DNA of 62,912 bases, counting the filler, from Octopus bimaculoides (lineage: Eukaryota), in the NCBI RefSeq assembly GCF_001194135.2. It is 4 parts of 4 records of this genome, joined end to end, with 100 filler letters (N's around TTAATTAATTAA, not from the genome) between each part and the next. Parts side by side here need not be neighbours in the genome. Positions count along the whole stretch, not along the records: positions 1 to 20,918 come from NC_068982.1; positions 21,019 to 47,886 come from NC_068986.1; 2 more parts are not named here. One strand, given 5' to 3'. This document shows, in pieces, positions 14,106 through 25,791 of this stretch; the first letter of the stretch is position 1, and every line of letters starts with the position of its first letter. The notes beneath the pieces were generated by a model. That model had not been told where the DNA came from. It searched no databases and worked only from the letters and a program-made list of their open reading frames with translations. The position numbers were made by a program, and so were the translations under genes.

Positions 14106-14790
14106 TAGGGGGTGCGTTCCATAAGTATACGACCTTCAGGCCTGAAACAAAAAATTGCACATTTCACAAATTATATTTAATTGCGTTCAGAATATTCCCT
14201 TGAGAATTCACACGATTCTCTCAATGGTTCTGCCACTGCTGGCAACACCCCCGGAACGCCTTTTCTGGAATGCTACGGAGCTCCACCGTCACTTTTGTCA
14301 TAATTTCCTCTCGCGATTCAAATCGCTTCCCTTTCAGCCTGTTCTTCATTTTGGACAAGAGCCAGAGGTCACACAGTGCCAAGTCGGGAGAGTACGGTGC
14401 CTGTTAAACAAGTGGTATACTGTTCTTGACCAGGAAGCTTGGATTAAGAGATACGTTCAAAAAGTATCTAACTTTTATACCTACCGACTCCCTCTGCATG
14501 CACAAAACCTATGTTAAAATTGAATATGCTCATTCCCACTTCGTAAGTAATTTCTACGTCAGGATTCCATGACTAGTCGTCGAACTTTCTCAATCGACTC
14601 CTCATTTCAGCTTATTGATGTCCTGCCTGAGCATGCCTCGCTCTCCACTGAGATGCGGCCTTGTTTGAAGCGCTTGTATCATTCCTTAATCTGAGTTTTG
14701 TCCATGGCATCATCACAAAACACTTACTGAATAGTCTGGATGGTTTGAGCGTGAGTATTACCAAGTTTTATGCAAAACTTGATGCGGCCT
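14106..14790 (-). mobile_element. Internally deleted mariner transposon
   Basis: Minus strand gives an N-terminal HTH piece (IKFCIKLGNTHAQTIQ...KRFKQGRISVE) joined to a C-terminal piece YSPDLALCDLWLLSKMKNRLKGKRFESREEI (mariner YSPDLAPxD motif), with a TIR-like end near 14106. Contains stops. Confidence 0.88.
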
Positions 14791-15295
14791 ACAGTAGAGA
14801 AATTTGTCACTCGTGCTTTGGAAGAGTGTGCATCACCTCCAATCCAAAGGACTTTGTCCACATGGCATTAAATTTGTCGGGAAAAAATGATGTCGCATGC
14901 GGACGTATTTGTATGGTCTTCTGTATAGACACTACAAGCACCTACAACTGTACACTGCCACAAACACAAATACACACAGAGATGGAAACACATGTAAATA
15001 AACGTTACACAATCTACCTAACATTATAGTTATTTTTTCTTCTTAATTGTCATTCACGCCACTGGCACAGAAGAGATATATCTGTTAGTATATAAAGATA
15101 TGTATACGTATATATAATTCATACCACCAGTATAACTTTCATATGCTACAGCTAGTTAAACAAAGACGAACAGGCCAACTATAAATTCATATTATAGCTC
15201 TGAACAAGCAAAATCAATAAGAACTAGCACATAGCAGGTGTGTGAGTGTGTGCGTGGTGCGTGTGTCACTACGCTAGTATATGTACATGTATGTG

Positions 15296-15334
<39 letters not shown>

Positions 15335-15383
15335 TTGTGTACACACACGCACACATATTTATATGTAAGTATACATATATGAA

Positions 15384-15528
15384 CAGACGGACAGAGAGAG
15401 AGAGAGACAGACAGACAGACAGGCAGGCAGGCAGGCAGACAGACAGACAGGCAAGCACGTAGACAGACAGACAGACAGGCAGACAGGCAGACAGACAGAC
15501 AGGCAGACAGATAGATAGATAGATAGAC

Positions 15529-15572
<44 letters not shown>
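15384..15572. repeat. (GACA/GGCA/GATA)n tetranucleotide microsatellite
   Basis: Directly visible. Confidence 0.92.
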
Positions 15573-15734
15573 CGTTTTTATTCAGGATAGGTTGCTAAGA
15601 ATCTACAGCCTATTTTCAGATTGAGGCAGCAGACGGGAAATTACGACAATAGTCATTTTTACATATTACAGTATATTATAACCGTTCGTTCAAAACAGTT
15701 AACTATTCTCATCCGTGTGTGCTCTCTCAAATCG

Positions 15735-17700
15735 AGACCGTCTAGCCGAAAATATCATGTCTACAGTACTCCTACTATCCCTAAACCCACATTGGGATTC
15801 TGGTAGAACCTCATCAGCAATGTTCAGAATCAATCTATCCAGCATTACTCTACAGAGGATCTTTCCAGCGGCAGCTAATAGAAAGATGCTGTGATAATTA
15901 TCACAGACATCCTTTCCACATTTAGATTTATATAGTATCTCCATAGTTGCATCACGCCAATCCGGAGGAACCTCTTCACTTTGCCAAACCCTCTGAATCA
16001 CATCCGTCAACATTTATATATCTCTTAACCAAGTCCATCCATACCATGGGCCTTTCCATTGTTCAATTTCCTGATTGCTGCTTTTATTTCAGCCAGCTTT
16101 AGAACTTCTTTTTTATTGGTCTCTCGGGTATATTATCAAGAAAAGTGAGATGTACTTCAGTGGGTCTATTGAGCAACTCATCAAAATATTCTTTCCATCT
16201 CCCAACAATATCTTTAGGATTTGTTAATAATGCTGTGCCATCCTTGCTCCGAAACGGCGCAACCTTAGATGATATTGGTCCATAAACTTTTTTCAAGAGA
16301 GGGTAAAAAAGTTTAGAATTGTTAGCATTTGAAGCTTCTTGGATTTCATCGCATCTATCACTCCACCAATTTTCCTGCATCGTTTGTAGCTTCCTCTGCA
16401 CTGTTGCTTTTACTGCCTTGGAATATGTAGCCACTGTCCTGTTCGTTGATATGTCAACATTTTGCAACATGTTAAATGCCTTTCGCATCTCCTCTATGAT
16501 AAGATTAACTTCATCATTATCGTCAAACCAATCTTGGTGTTTTTTTTACAACAAAGCCAAGAATGTTAATACAAATCTCGCACACACTTTCTTTGAATGA
16601 CTTCCAGCTTCCATCACAGGACAAATTATTTATCTCACTCTCAAACTCATTGCATACTGACGGAATCTTAAGTTTATTGACATTAAACCGTTTAGGTAAT
16701 TTGTCAATATTAGCTCTAACCTTAGGCTTGACAACAAAATTCACCTTGGCACGCAAAATCCTATGATCAGTCCAGCACTCTGCGCCGCGCATCACTCGTA
16801 CAACAGTAAAGTCCCTAGTATCTCGTTTCCTGGTGAGGATGTAATCTATAAGATGCCATTTCTTAGAACTAGAGTGAATCCATGTCGTTTTATACTTATT
16901 CTTTTGTCGAAACATTGTATTCATAACATACAAATCAATCTCTACGCACATTTGTAAAAGTAGCGAACTATTATTTTTGAAACTCCCAACCCCATGCTTT
17001 CCCAGGACACCCCAAGTCTCCCAATCTGCACCAACACGAGCATTAAAATCACCCAAAATGACAACTTTGTCATCATGGAGGATATTTCGTATAATCTCAG
17101 TAAGTCATAGATAGAAGGCAAGATTATCATCCTCTGATGAATTCATAATTGGAGCATATGCACTTATAAGCGTTGCATAACGACCTTTTCTTATTGGCAT
17201 TCTTAAAGACATTAAACGATCCGAATGACCACATGGTAGTTCTTCAAGTTTTGAAGCCAGAGTGGTTTTGAAAGCAAATCCCACTCCTGATTCTCTCTTA
17301 TAGGTCTCCTGTCTACCACTCCATAATAAATTATACCCAGCAGATTTCTCTACGAAGTTCCCTTTTGCATGAATTCTTGTTTCGGCGAACGCTGCAACAT
17401 CCATATCATATTGCTGTAACTCTTGTGCAACAAGTGCGGATCTTCTCTACGGACGAGGTTTCAGACAATCATTGTCTAATAACTTTCGAACATTCCAACA
17501 TCCTATATTCATAGGCTTGCATATTAGCTTCAATTTACTCACAGTTGCAGGATGACGACCGGATCCAAGCTGTGATGCTCTGGGACACCTGCCGGGCCAG
17601 ACCACAGAGCAAAATGTTCCAGAGCCCTTTTTGCCATTTACTTCATTATCAATATGAACTTTCATTGTTTAGATGTGCTTTTTAAGCTTCGGCCAGCCAC
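15735..17700 (-). mobile_element. RTE-clade LINE with APE endonuclease and N-terminal RT, disrupted and 3'-truncated
   Basis: APE motifs IGCWNVR, AETR, GVGFA, ISAYAP, MGDFNARVG, WHLIDYIL and TDH. RT start VPPDWRDA...LPESQCGFR...TVDMIFSAR. Several stops and frameshifts. Confidence 0.93.
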
Positions 17701-18179
17701 GTACATACAAGATGTCCATTTCTTTTTCCTCTCCAGCAATGCATGTGCTTGACACTTTTCAAAGTGATGAAAAGTTTTGCAGAGCAACCATTCCCACTAT
17801 TTAAACTACAAAGCATGGCCCCAAAAGAAGAGCAAGCCGATATCATTGGGTGCATTTGCAGTCGCAGGTTTTATAACAGAGTGTCCTTCTCCCAGTGTTT
17901 GCCCAACCAAAGGCTAACTACAAGATAGCAGTGAAGTATTTAAATTCAGAGTTACCTTCTCTTAGATAGACTGTCTTCACTATGGCTTGGGTAAACAGAG
18001 GAGCTCTATCCACCCCTCATCGATTTATTTAAGAAAATTAAAACAAGAGAAATAAATACAAATTTAAAATTGAGATAAAAACTGAGTAAAATTAAAAATA
18101 AGATTGACATACAATATATACGATTTAAAAACACGATGCACAATATGTACACAAACACATGCTAAAATACAGTGTCTAC

Positions 18180-18222
<43 letters not shown>

Positions 18223-18254
18223 AAACACACACACACACAAACACATACACACAC

Positions 18255-18332
<78 letters not shown>

Positions 18333-18336
18333 TATA

Positions 18337-19663
18337 CAGAAAGCAGGTGTCCCAGGGTTCTCAGGATGCCTTGAGCATGTCTGAATGATTTGGGCTAAGA
18401 TTAAAGACAAGAAAGCATTGCATAAGGAGCTGCATGTTGTATGGTTGGACCTAGCGAATGCATATGGTTCTGTGCCTCATAACATGATACAGGTAGCCCT
18501 GGACTTCTTCTATGTGCCTGCAATGGGTTGTGTCATATCCCCAATGTGTTGTTTGTTGGTCATGGAGATCATACTGAGGAGCTTAAAGCCTGAGCAGAGG
18601 TTCAACCAAGCAGAAGTAAAACTGAGGGCATCTATGGATCATCTCACCATTGTGCAGAATATCAACGTGGCCGGAGACGTGTTGAATAGATAGTGTGAAC
18701 TGATCAGCTGGAGTTGGATGGCCCTTAAGCCGAAGAAGGGCAGAGCTCTTTCACTGATAGGTGGATCGCTCGTATATTTGGTTTTCAGTATCGGTAGAGA
18801 ACAAATACCGACTGTTCGTGAGCAAAGTGTCAAAAGTGTGTCAAGATGGTACAGTTTTACCCTCACAGATAGACGTCATGTGGCTGAACTGCAGAAGCAG
18901 GCAGATTCGGGGCTAAAAGCATTGATCAAGCAAGTTTGCCAGGTGTGGGCATGCATTTTGTGTTGCTCCCGAGACTGCTGTGGCCCATAACTATGTATGA
19001 AGTTTCTCTAACTCGGATTGAGATGATTGAACGGAAGATCAATAAGATGGTAAGGACGTGGCTTGGCCTCTCGAAGTACCTTTCATCTGTCGCCCTTTAT
19101 GGCAACCAGGGTATGCTGCAGTTGCCCCTGACGCCACTAGTGCAGGAGTATAAGGTGCGTCTGCAATCGATGCTGTCTGAGTCACGGGACACTGTGATCC
19201 ACGACAATCCACCAGATCTGAAGACTAGTAGAAAGTGGAAGATCACTGAGGCGATACAGCAGCTTGATGAGATGGCTCATCACGTGGAGTGATGATAGAC
19301 GGCAGGGCTGGTGTGGGTCTTGTCAAGAGAGCGGTTTTGGTCTTAGTCAACTAAACAAGGGCAGTGGAAGTTACGTGAACAAGTAAGGCAGCTGGAAGAT
19401 GAGAGGCGTCTGGGTCACGTAGTGCAAAATTCACAACAGTGTCGGTGGCTGAATTGAGATGATGTCGAAAAGCTGGAGTTGAAGTGGTCTGATTGGTGGC
19501 GGTTGAGTGCAGGGCATTTGGAAGCTCTGATCCAGACTGCGTAAATGTGCATCCGTCTCCATCAAATCTCAAAAAATGGAGTATCCAAGAGAGTCCACAG
19601 TGCCACTTGTGCGGGAAGTGTGGCAGTTTCAAACATATGCTGTCAGCTTGCCCAAAAGCACTC
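18337..19663 (+). mobile_element. Decayed non-LTR retrotransposon with restriction-like endonuclease architecture (Hero/NeSL-like)
   Basis: QKAGVPGFSGCLEH, WLDLANAYGSVPH, GCVISP, a degenerate RASMDH RT core, LLPRLLWP, WLGL, and a CCHC knuckle CHLCGKCGSFKHMLSAC. Clade assigned from remembered motif similarity. Confidence 0.82.
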
Positions 19664-21018
19664 CTCTCCTGCTCCCACTCCTGCTCCCACTCCTACTTCT
19701 CTTTACTTCTCTTCACTCCTACTTCTCTTCACCCCTACTCTTTCTCTCTTCTCTCTTACTATCTTTCTCCCTCCTCCCATACCCACCTTCCCCTTCTCGT
19801 ATAACCACCTTTCCCTTCCCCCTTCATCGTCAACCCTCCTTCATAAGCCCATCCCACACCTACACACTCCTACCCCACCTTCCCATTCCTTCTCATCCCN
19901 NNNNNNNNNNNNNNNNNNNNNNNNNNNNNNNNNNNNNNNNNNNNNNNNNNNNNNNNNNNNNNNNNNNNNNNNNNNNNNNNNNNNNNNNNNNNNNNNNNNN
20001 NNNNNNNNNNNNNNNNNNNNNNNNNNNNNNNNNNNNNNNNNNNNNNNNNNNNNNNNNNNNNNNNNNNNNNNNNNNNNNNNNNNNNNNNNNNNNNNNNNNN
20101 NNNNNNNNNNNNNNNNNNNNNNNNNNNNNNNNNNNNNNNNNNNNNNNNNNNNNNNNNNNNNNNNNNNNNNNNNNNNNNNNNNNNNNNNNNNNNNNNNNNN
20201 NNNNNNNNNNNNNNNNNNNNNNNNNNNNNNCAGCCTAACCCACACTCCACCCATGCTTTCCTCACTCTCGCCTCCCCCACCTCTCAACACTTTCACATCA
20301 CACCACGATTCACCATATCACACAACACATCACCTCACAACACACCACCACGCACACACCAGCACTGACCAATTCCCAGCCCCACATTTTCACACCTTCA
20401 CACCTACATACATACATGTATACGTTAAGATTCCCAGTGTTCTCTCACACACACGCACCTTCGTTTTGGCATCACTACTTCTTTGTTATCTCCCCTTCTT
20501 CTTAACTCTCCTGTGTGACCCTTCTGTCCGGCATTCGCCAAAATAGATCGTTGACCACTACACATATAGATTTGTCTCTCCGAGTGAAACAAATGGAAAA
20601 CAGGACAAGTAACCCGAAGAATGACCCTTCATCAGTTGTTGGCTGTCTATCTACTCGTTATTTCGAACATAATACTCAAAATGAGGTGTAGATAGACAGC
20701 CGATAATTGATGAAGTGTCGCTCCTTCTGTTATTTGTGCTGTTTTTTATTTATTTCTGTTGTTTGCGCATTGAATTAATTTTCTTTTTGTTTTGGTACTC
20801 CTTGTTGTTTACTGTTGGTGATGTTCTGTACCCATATATGCAGATGTATATATATGTATATATATATGCATAAGTATATATACATATATTCTCTATGTAT
20901 ATATATATATATATATATNNNNNNNNNNNNNNNNNNNNNNNNNNNNNNNNNNNNNNNNNNNNTTAATTAATTAANNNNNNNNNNNNNNNNNNNNNNNNNN
21001 NNNNNNNNNNNNNNNNNN

Positions 21019-21406
21019 AAACAAACAAACAAAAAAACCCCAAAAAATATTGCTAAAAGAATGAGGCGATGAATAATTATCTCTAAATTTTGTCTTTGTA
21101 TGAAGAACATCAGTTCAGAGTGTGGTCAGTAAAGAGGATGTAGGGAGGAGGAGGAGGAGGAGGAAAAAGACTAAAAGAAAGGAGAAAAAAATAAAGTTGA
21201 GACCCTGGGTGATGTTTGAAGTGAACAGCATAAACCAATTCCTTTGATCATGGTTTTACAGTTCTAGGAAAAAAAAAAAAAAATAAAAACAAAAATAGAG
21301 AGAAGAGAGAGAGAGAAGAGCAATCTCTCTGCTTAATTAGAAACGGTTAATTGCACTTTTAGATTGAAAATAAAGTTTCAAATGAAAAAGTGCCAATGAA
21401 TTGTTA

Positions 21407-21437
<31 letters not shown>

Positions 21438-22572
21438 TGCTGTTAGACTCGTTATTTGTGAAGGTTTAAAGGGAATCAATACCAGATTTCATTGAGTTTG
21501 ATTGGGTTTGTTTCTGTTTAGTTTCTTTTTTAAAGTTTTATTTGTTTTTTTTTACTCCTTTTAGAAACCAGATTGGGAATTCTTTATTGAAAGAAGGACG
21601 GTGGTAAAAGTTTTGTTTTGTTTTGTTTGTGTTTTTTTTTTCAAAATCCCAACAGCACTGTTATTGGAGAAATACACCACGACAGTAAAGTTACCAATTT
21701 TGGTGGTGTTAAGCAAATAAGCAATCCAGAATTTATTACCAGTGGTGGTGGTCTCCTTTGTGAAATATGTACAGCACAGTTTATCAAGGTTGATATTTTT
21801 TTTTGTTGTTTTGTATTTTTTTTTTTTGTTTTGTTTCAACTAACAGAAAGGTGGGAGGAGAGAAACAATAAATTAAATAAATTAAGATTTGTCTTTTTGT
21901 TTTGTTGGTTGTTTAAACTTTAGCAATACTGAACAATTTCTTACCCCAGTTNNNNNNNNNNNNNNNNNNNNNNNNNNNNNNNNNNNNNNNNNNNNNNNNN
22001 NNNNNNNNNNNNNNNNNNNNNNNNNNNNNNNNNNNNNNNNNNNNNNNNNNNNNNNNNNNNNNNNNNNNNNNNNNNNNNNNNNNNNNNNNNNNNNNNNNNN
22101 NNNNNNNNNNNNNNNNNNNNNNNNNNNNNNNNNNNNNNNNNNNNNNNNNNNNNNNNNNNNNNNNNNNNNGGGGTGGGATTTAACTCTCTTCTCTTTAGGT
22201 ACACACATCTGGTAGTGCAATGTTAACACAATGTTACCTACCTCTCTCGCAGAGGGGGGGGGAAGTGTATACATGTGTGTGTATGTATCTGTTTGTGTGT
22301 GTGTGTGCGTGTGTGCATTTCACACCCACCAGGCAACTCTTATCCACTCCGTTCACTAACAGAGAAGACAGGTGTAAAATAATCTCTTACAAAAATACAA
22401 TTCAGAGAAATAGCCACAGAAAAAAATGCCTTTTCTGTGAAAAATAAAAAAAAAAAATAAATAAAAAAAATAAATAAAAAGGCACTTAGATTATATCTGT
22501 TTTGCTATTCTGAACAACATGTTATGATGTTGCTACTGCAGGAGAGAGAAAAAAAACAGAAAAGGGGATTAT
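21019..22572 (-). other. Probable Delta 3' UTR
   Basis: Directly follows the ATEV stop. Very U-rich on the minus strand, with AATAAA at 21583-21588 and 21537-21542. The true end is unknown and the region contains gaps. Confidence 0.5.
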
Positions 22573-22708
22573 TCAGACTTCTGTAGCCGAAACATGTTGA
22601 TAGTCCAAGTTATTTTTCGAGTGCCGCTGTGCTCGCTCGTTTTTTAATAAAGCACCTGTGATATCTCGGTTTGTTGGTTTTTCTATATCAACTTTAATTT
22701 TGCATTCC
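22573..22708 (-). CDS. Delta: Delta terminal coding exon ending in PDZ-binding motif ATEV
   Basis: Strong acceptor ttttctttgttgcag at 22709. The phase-2 join with 33932 gives G-ECKIKVDIEKPTNRDITGALLKNERAQRHSKNNLDYQHVSATEV-stop (TGA 22573-22575). ATEV is the known C-terminus of Delta/Dll1/Dll4-type ligands. Confidence 0.9.
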
Positions 22709-22854
22709 CTGCAACAAAGAAAATTTATGAAAATAAGTGTTTCACTCCACAACAGTTCTAAATAAAATATAATTTAATACACAAACATTACATCATCCAT
22801 GGGGTATACATAAAACAAGAATCCAAACGATGTACCTACTCAGGTTTTATTCTA

Positions 22855-23340
22855 CAGGGTGTCCACAAAGTCTGGGTACATGGCGATTAACACATACTTT
22901 AAGAATNNNNNNNNNNNNNNNNNNNNNNNNNNNNNNNNNNNNNNNNNNNNNNNNNNNNNNNNNNNNNNNNNNNNNNNNNNNNNNNNNNNNNNNNNNNNNN
23001 NNNNNNNNNNNNNNNNNNNNNNNNNNNNNNNNNNNNNNNNNNNNNNNNNNNNNNNNNNNNNNNNNNNNATTCTACAGGGTGTCCACAAAGTCTGGGTACA
23101 TGGCGATTAACACATACTTTAAGAATTATTTCTTATATTTAGTGGTTCGGCAAAAAGAGACTGATAAAATAAGTACTAGGCTTCGAAAAAATAAGTCCTG
23201 GGGTCGATTTGCTCGACTAAAGGCGATGCTCCAGCATGGCCGCAGTCAAATGACTGAAACAAGTAGAAGAGTAAAGAGTATTTGATTGTTTATGTTATGA
23301 TTTTATTTGCTCCATGTACCCAGACCTTGTGGACACCCTG
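22855..23340. mobile_element. Tc1/mariner-type MITE with a nested SINE fragment (spans an assembly gap)
   Basis: TIR CAGGGTGTCCACAAAGTCTGGGTACATGG at 22855 (repeated at 23075 after the gap) and its inverse ending at 23340, flanked by TA. Internal SINE-tail fragment at about 23140-23275. Confidence 0.8.
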
Positions 23341-24358
23341 TAGAAGTGGGGACTATACTGAAGACTAATTAAGATTCTGGTAACTCCTGCTCAGTAAGTT
23401 AATGGGCAAAAAGATTTCTAGAGAATTGATGCTCTCAGGAAGAAAAGATCAGGGGAAAAGTATTTTAGTACTGAAACTTCACCTCAAATTGTAATTAACA
23501 TAATTTTGTCAGGATTGGGAAAACCCTAAAAGCCTTGGGGCAGAGTTTTTCTCAACTCACCAATTGATTTTTTTTTTTTGTGAAAAAATTTACCAATGAG
23601 TCAGAAGAGAAAAGTTAACTATGATATATCCCTGCAGTTTAGCACCATCTAGCCAACGGGTAGGTGGTGCTAAATTGATCATTAAGTCTACCATGCAAGA
23701 AACAAATGCAATTGATTATATGTATACTCCCATCCACACGAATCATTTTGATAACCTAAGTGTCCTGTTATTTAGAAATAAGACTTATGTCAATTCTACT
23801 CAAAGGAAATGCTATTTCACAGTAACTGGTTTGTATTTTGCCTCTCTCCTGTCCCACCATTCAGCTCCTGCAGTTAGAGTTTCTGATACTCGTTGATCTG
23901 AGGATTAGTTAATCCATATGTCCAGGTCTTCCTTGACAAAGCTAAGTTCATTATTTAGTCTCTGCTTAGCCCTGATTGCTTAGACCTTTGATCTAAGTCC
24001 CAGATTATATTCTTTAAGATGGTGAAATGGGATTTTAAGATTTAGTAGCATTGAGAAGACCAAATACATCACTAGTCACATTATATAACAGAAGTCCAGG
24101 AGTTAAGACATTAAAGAAAAAGACATTTGTGAAGTCAATGCTTTATCTTGATGCAATATTAAATTCTAATAGAGCTACTGGGACCAGGATTGTAAAATCA
24201 GGTTGGCCAGTATTGGAGTACATAATTATCACTTGTCCACTACTTCTTACAGAAACAAATGGTTGAAGCTGCTCTGAGAAATATAAAATAAGAATCAAAG
24301 AAAGGATAGGAAAATATTAGATTTATAAGCCCTAAAAATTCACTCCATAATTGTCCAT

Positions 24359-24580
24359 GGGCATATGGCATAGCAGTTAAGAGCACGAGCTACTAACCCC
24401 AAAATTCTGAGTTCGGTTCCAGGCAGTGACCTGAATAATAATAATATCGAAAAATACCTTAGGAATGAGAACCCAGGTTCAAAATTTCCCCAAGACACCT
24501 GATGAAGGCTGGAGGGTATATCAGCCGAAATGTTGTGTTAACAATAAACAAGATGAGAACAAATATCCGTCAAATGTAAA
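24359..24580 (+). mobile_element. tRNA-head SINE carrying a hammerhead motif, full-length copy
   Basis: A-box TGGCATAGCAG, anticodon-like loop CTACTAA and B-box GAGTTCGGTTCC, then a body with GACAC-CTGATGA...GAAA-TGTT-GTGTT. Four more copies at 36249-38096. Confidence 0.85.
24494..24539 (+). ncRNA. Minimal type I hammerhead ribozyme motif inside SINE
   Basis: Helix I GACAC/GUGUU, CUGAUGA 24499-24505, helix II GGCUG/CAGCC, GAAA 24527-24530, loopless helix III (A-UG-U) and predicted cleavage after U24534. Confidence 0.72.
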
Positions 24581-25255
24581 GAACCAAATCATCAAGGACT
24601 ATCACCTACAACAAGTTGGTGTATCCCTCCCTCCCTCCTCTACAAGATGAGGGGACTAAGCATCAGCTCTCAAAAGAATTCAGAGGAAGAAGTTAAAGGA
24701 GTCATCGATGAACATATCATGGTTGTTAATCTCTAATCTGATTAAGGTATTTCCGTCTGAGACCATCTGGCATGTTTTCCCCTTGACAGTATATCTAGGG
24801 ACCATAGGATACAAAAAATATTTTGAAGATGGTAGTGTGTACTTTAAGGAAGGTTTGGCTGCCATTTCTAGTCAATTGAGTAACCATATAGAAGTGTTCT
24901 TGGGAAATAGCTTTAACACCAACCAAAGAGTTTTTACTTCTAACGGATGTATCATTATCATTATTATTATTACGACTATTCAACATTAAGTTCAAAAGCT
25001 GCTGAGGTTGACTTTGCCTTTCATCTTTTCAGGGCCAATAAATAAAGTACTAGTTGAGCAATGGAGTCAGAGTAATCAACTAGACCCCTCCCATCAAAAT
25101 TTCAGACCTTGGGCCTATAAGAGCAACAATTAGTCAATTAACACAAGCGAAAACTAATGCTAATTAAAAGAAAAATCAAATAGTAATTGATTTAAGAGTT
25201 AAAATGTTGGTTAACAAAAATGTAGATAGGTTGTGGGCTCGTTTGTGTGTGTGTT

Positions 25256-25581
25256 CTTTTGTCATTTGACTGCAGCCATGCTGGAACATCACCTTTAGCC
25301 GAGCAAATCGACCCCAGGACTTATTCTTTGTAAGCCTAGTACTTATTCTATTGGTCTCTTTTGCCGAACCGCTAAGTTACAGGAACGTAGACACACCAAC
25401 ATCGGTTGTCAAGTGACGGTGGTGGGGGGACAAACACACACACACATATATATATGTATACATATACACACACGACAGGTTTCTCCCAGTTTCTGCCAAC
25501 CAAATCCATCCAAGGTTTTGATCGGCCCGAGGCTATAGAAGACACTTGCCCAAAGTGCCACGCAGTGAGACTAACCCAGAA

Positions 25582-25584
<3 letters not shown>
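25256..25584 (-). mobile_element. tRNA-head SINE, second family
   Basis: Homologous to 36980-37320, 44030-44755 and 54133-54430 (e.g. GACTTATTCTTTGTAAGCCTAGTACTTATTCT, CCGCTAAGTTAC), with an internal CA/TA repeat. Confidence 0.85.
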
Positions 25585-25630
<46 letters not shown>

Positions 25631-25735
25631 NNNNNNNNNNNNNNNNNNNNNNNNNNNNNNNNNNNNNNNNNNNNNNNNNNNNNNNNNNNNNNNNNNNNNN
25701 NNNNNNNNNNNNNNNNNNNNNNNNNNNNNNNNNNN

Positions 25736-25791
<56 letters not shown>

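Noticed and set aside
20963-20974. TTAATTAATTAA islands inside N runs (also near 47931 and 59643)
   Set aside because: The identical 12-mer in the middle of gaps is a scaffolding or linker artefact.
22849-23125. Apparent 57-bp direct repeat across a gap
   Set aside because: Identical sequence on both sides of an N run is most simply an unmerged contig overlap.
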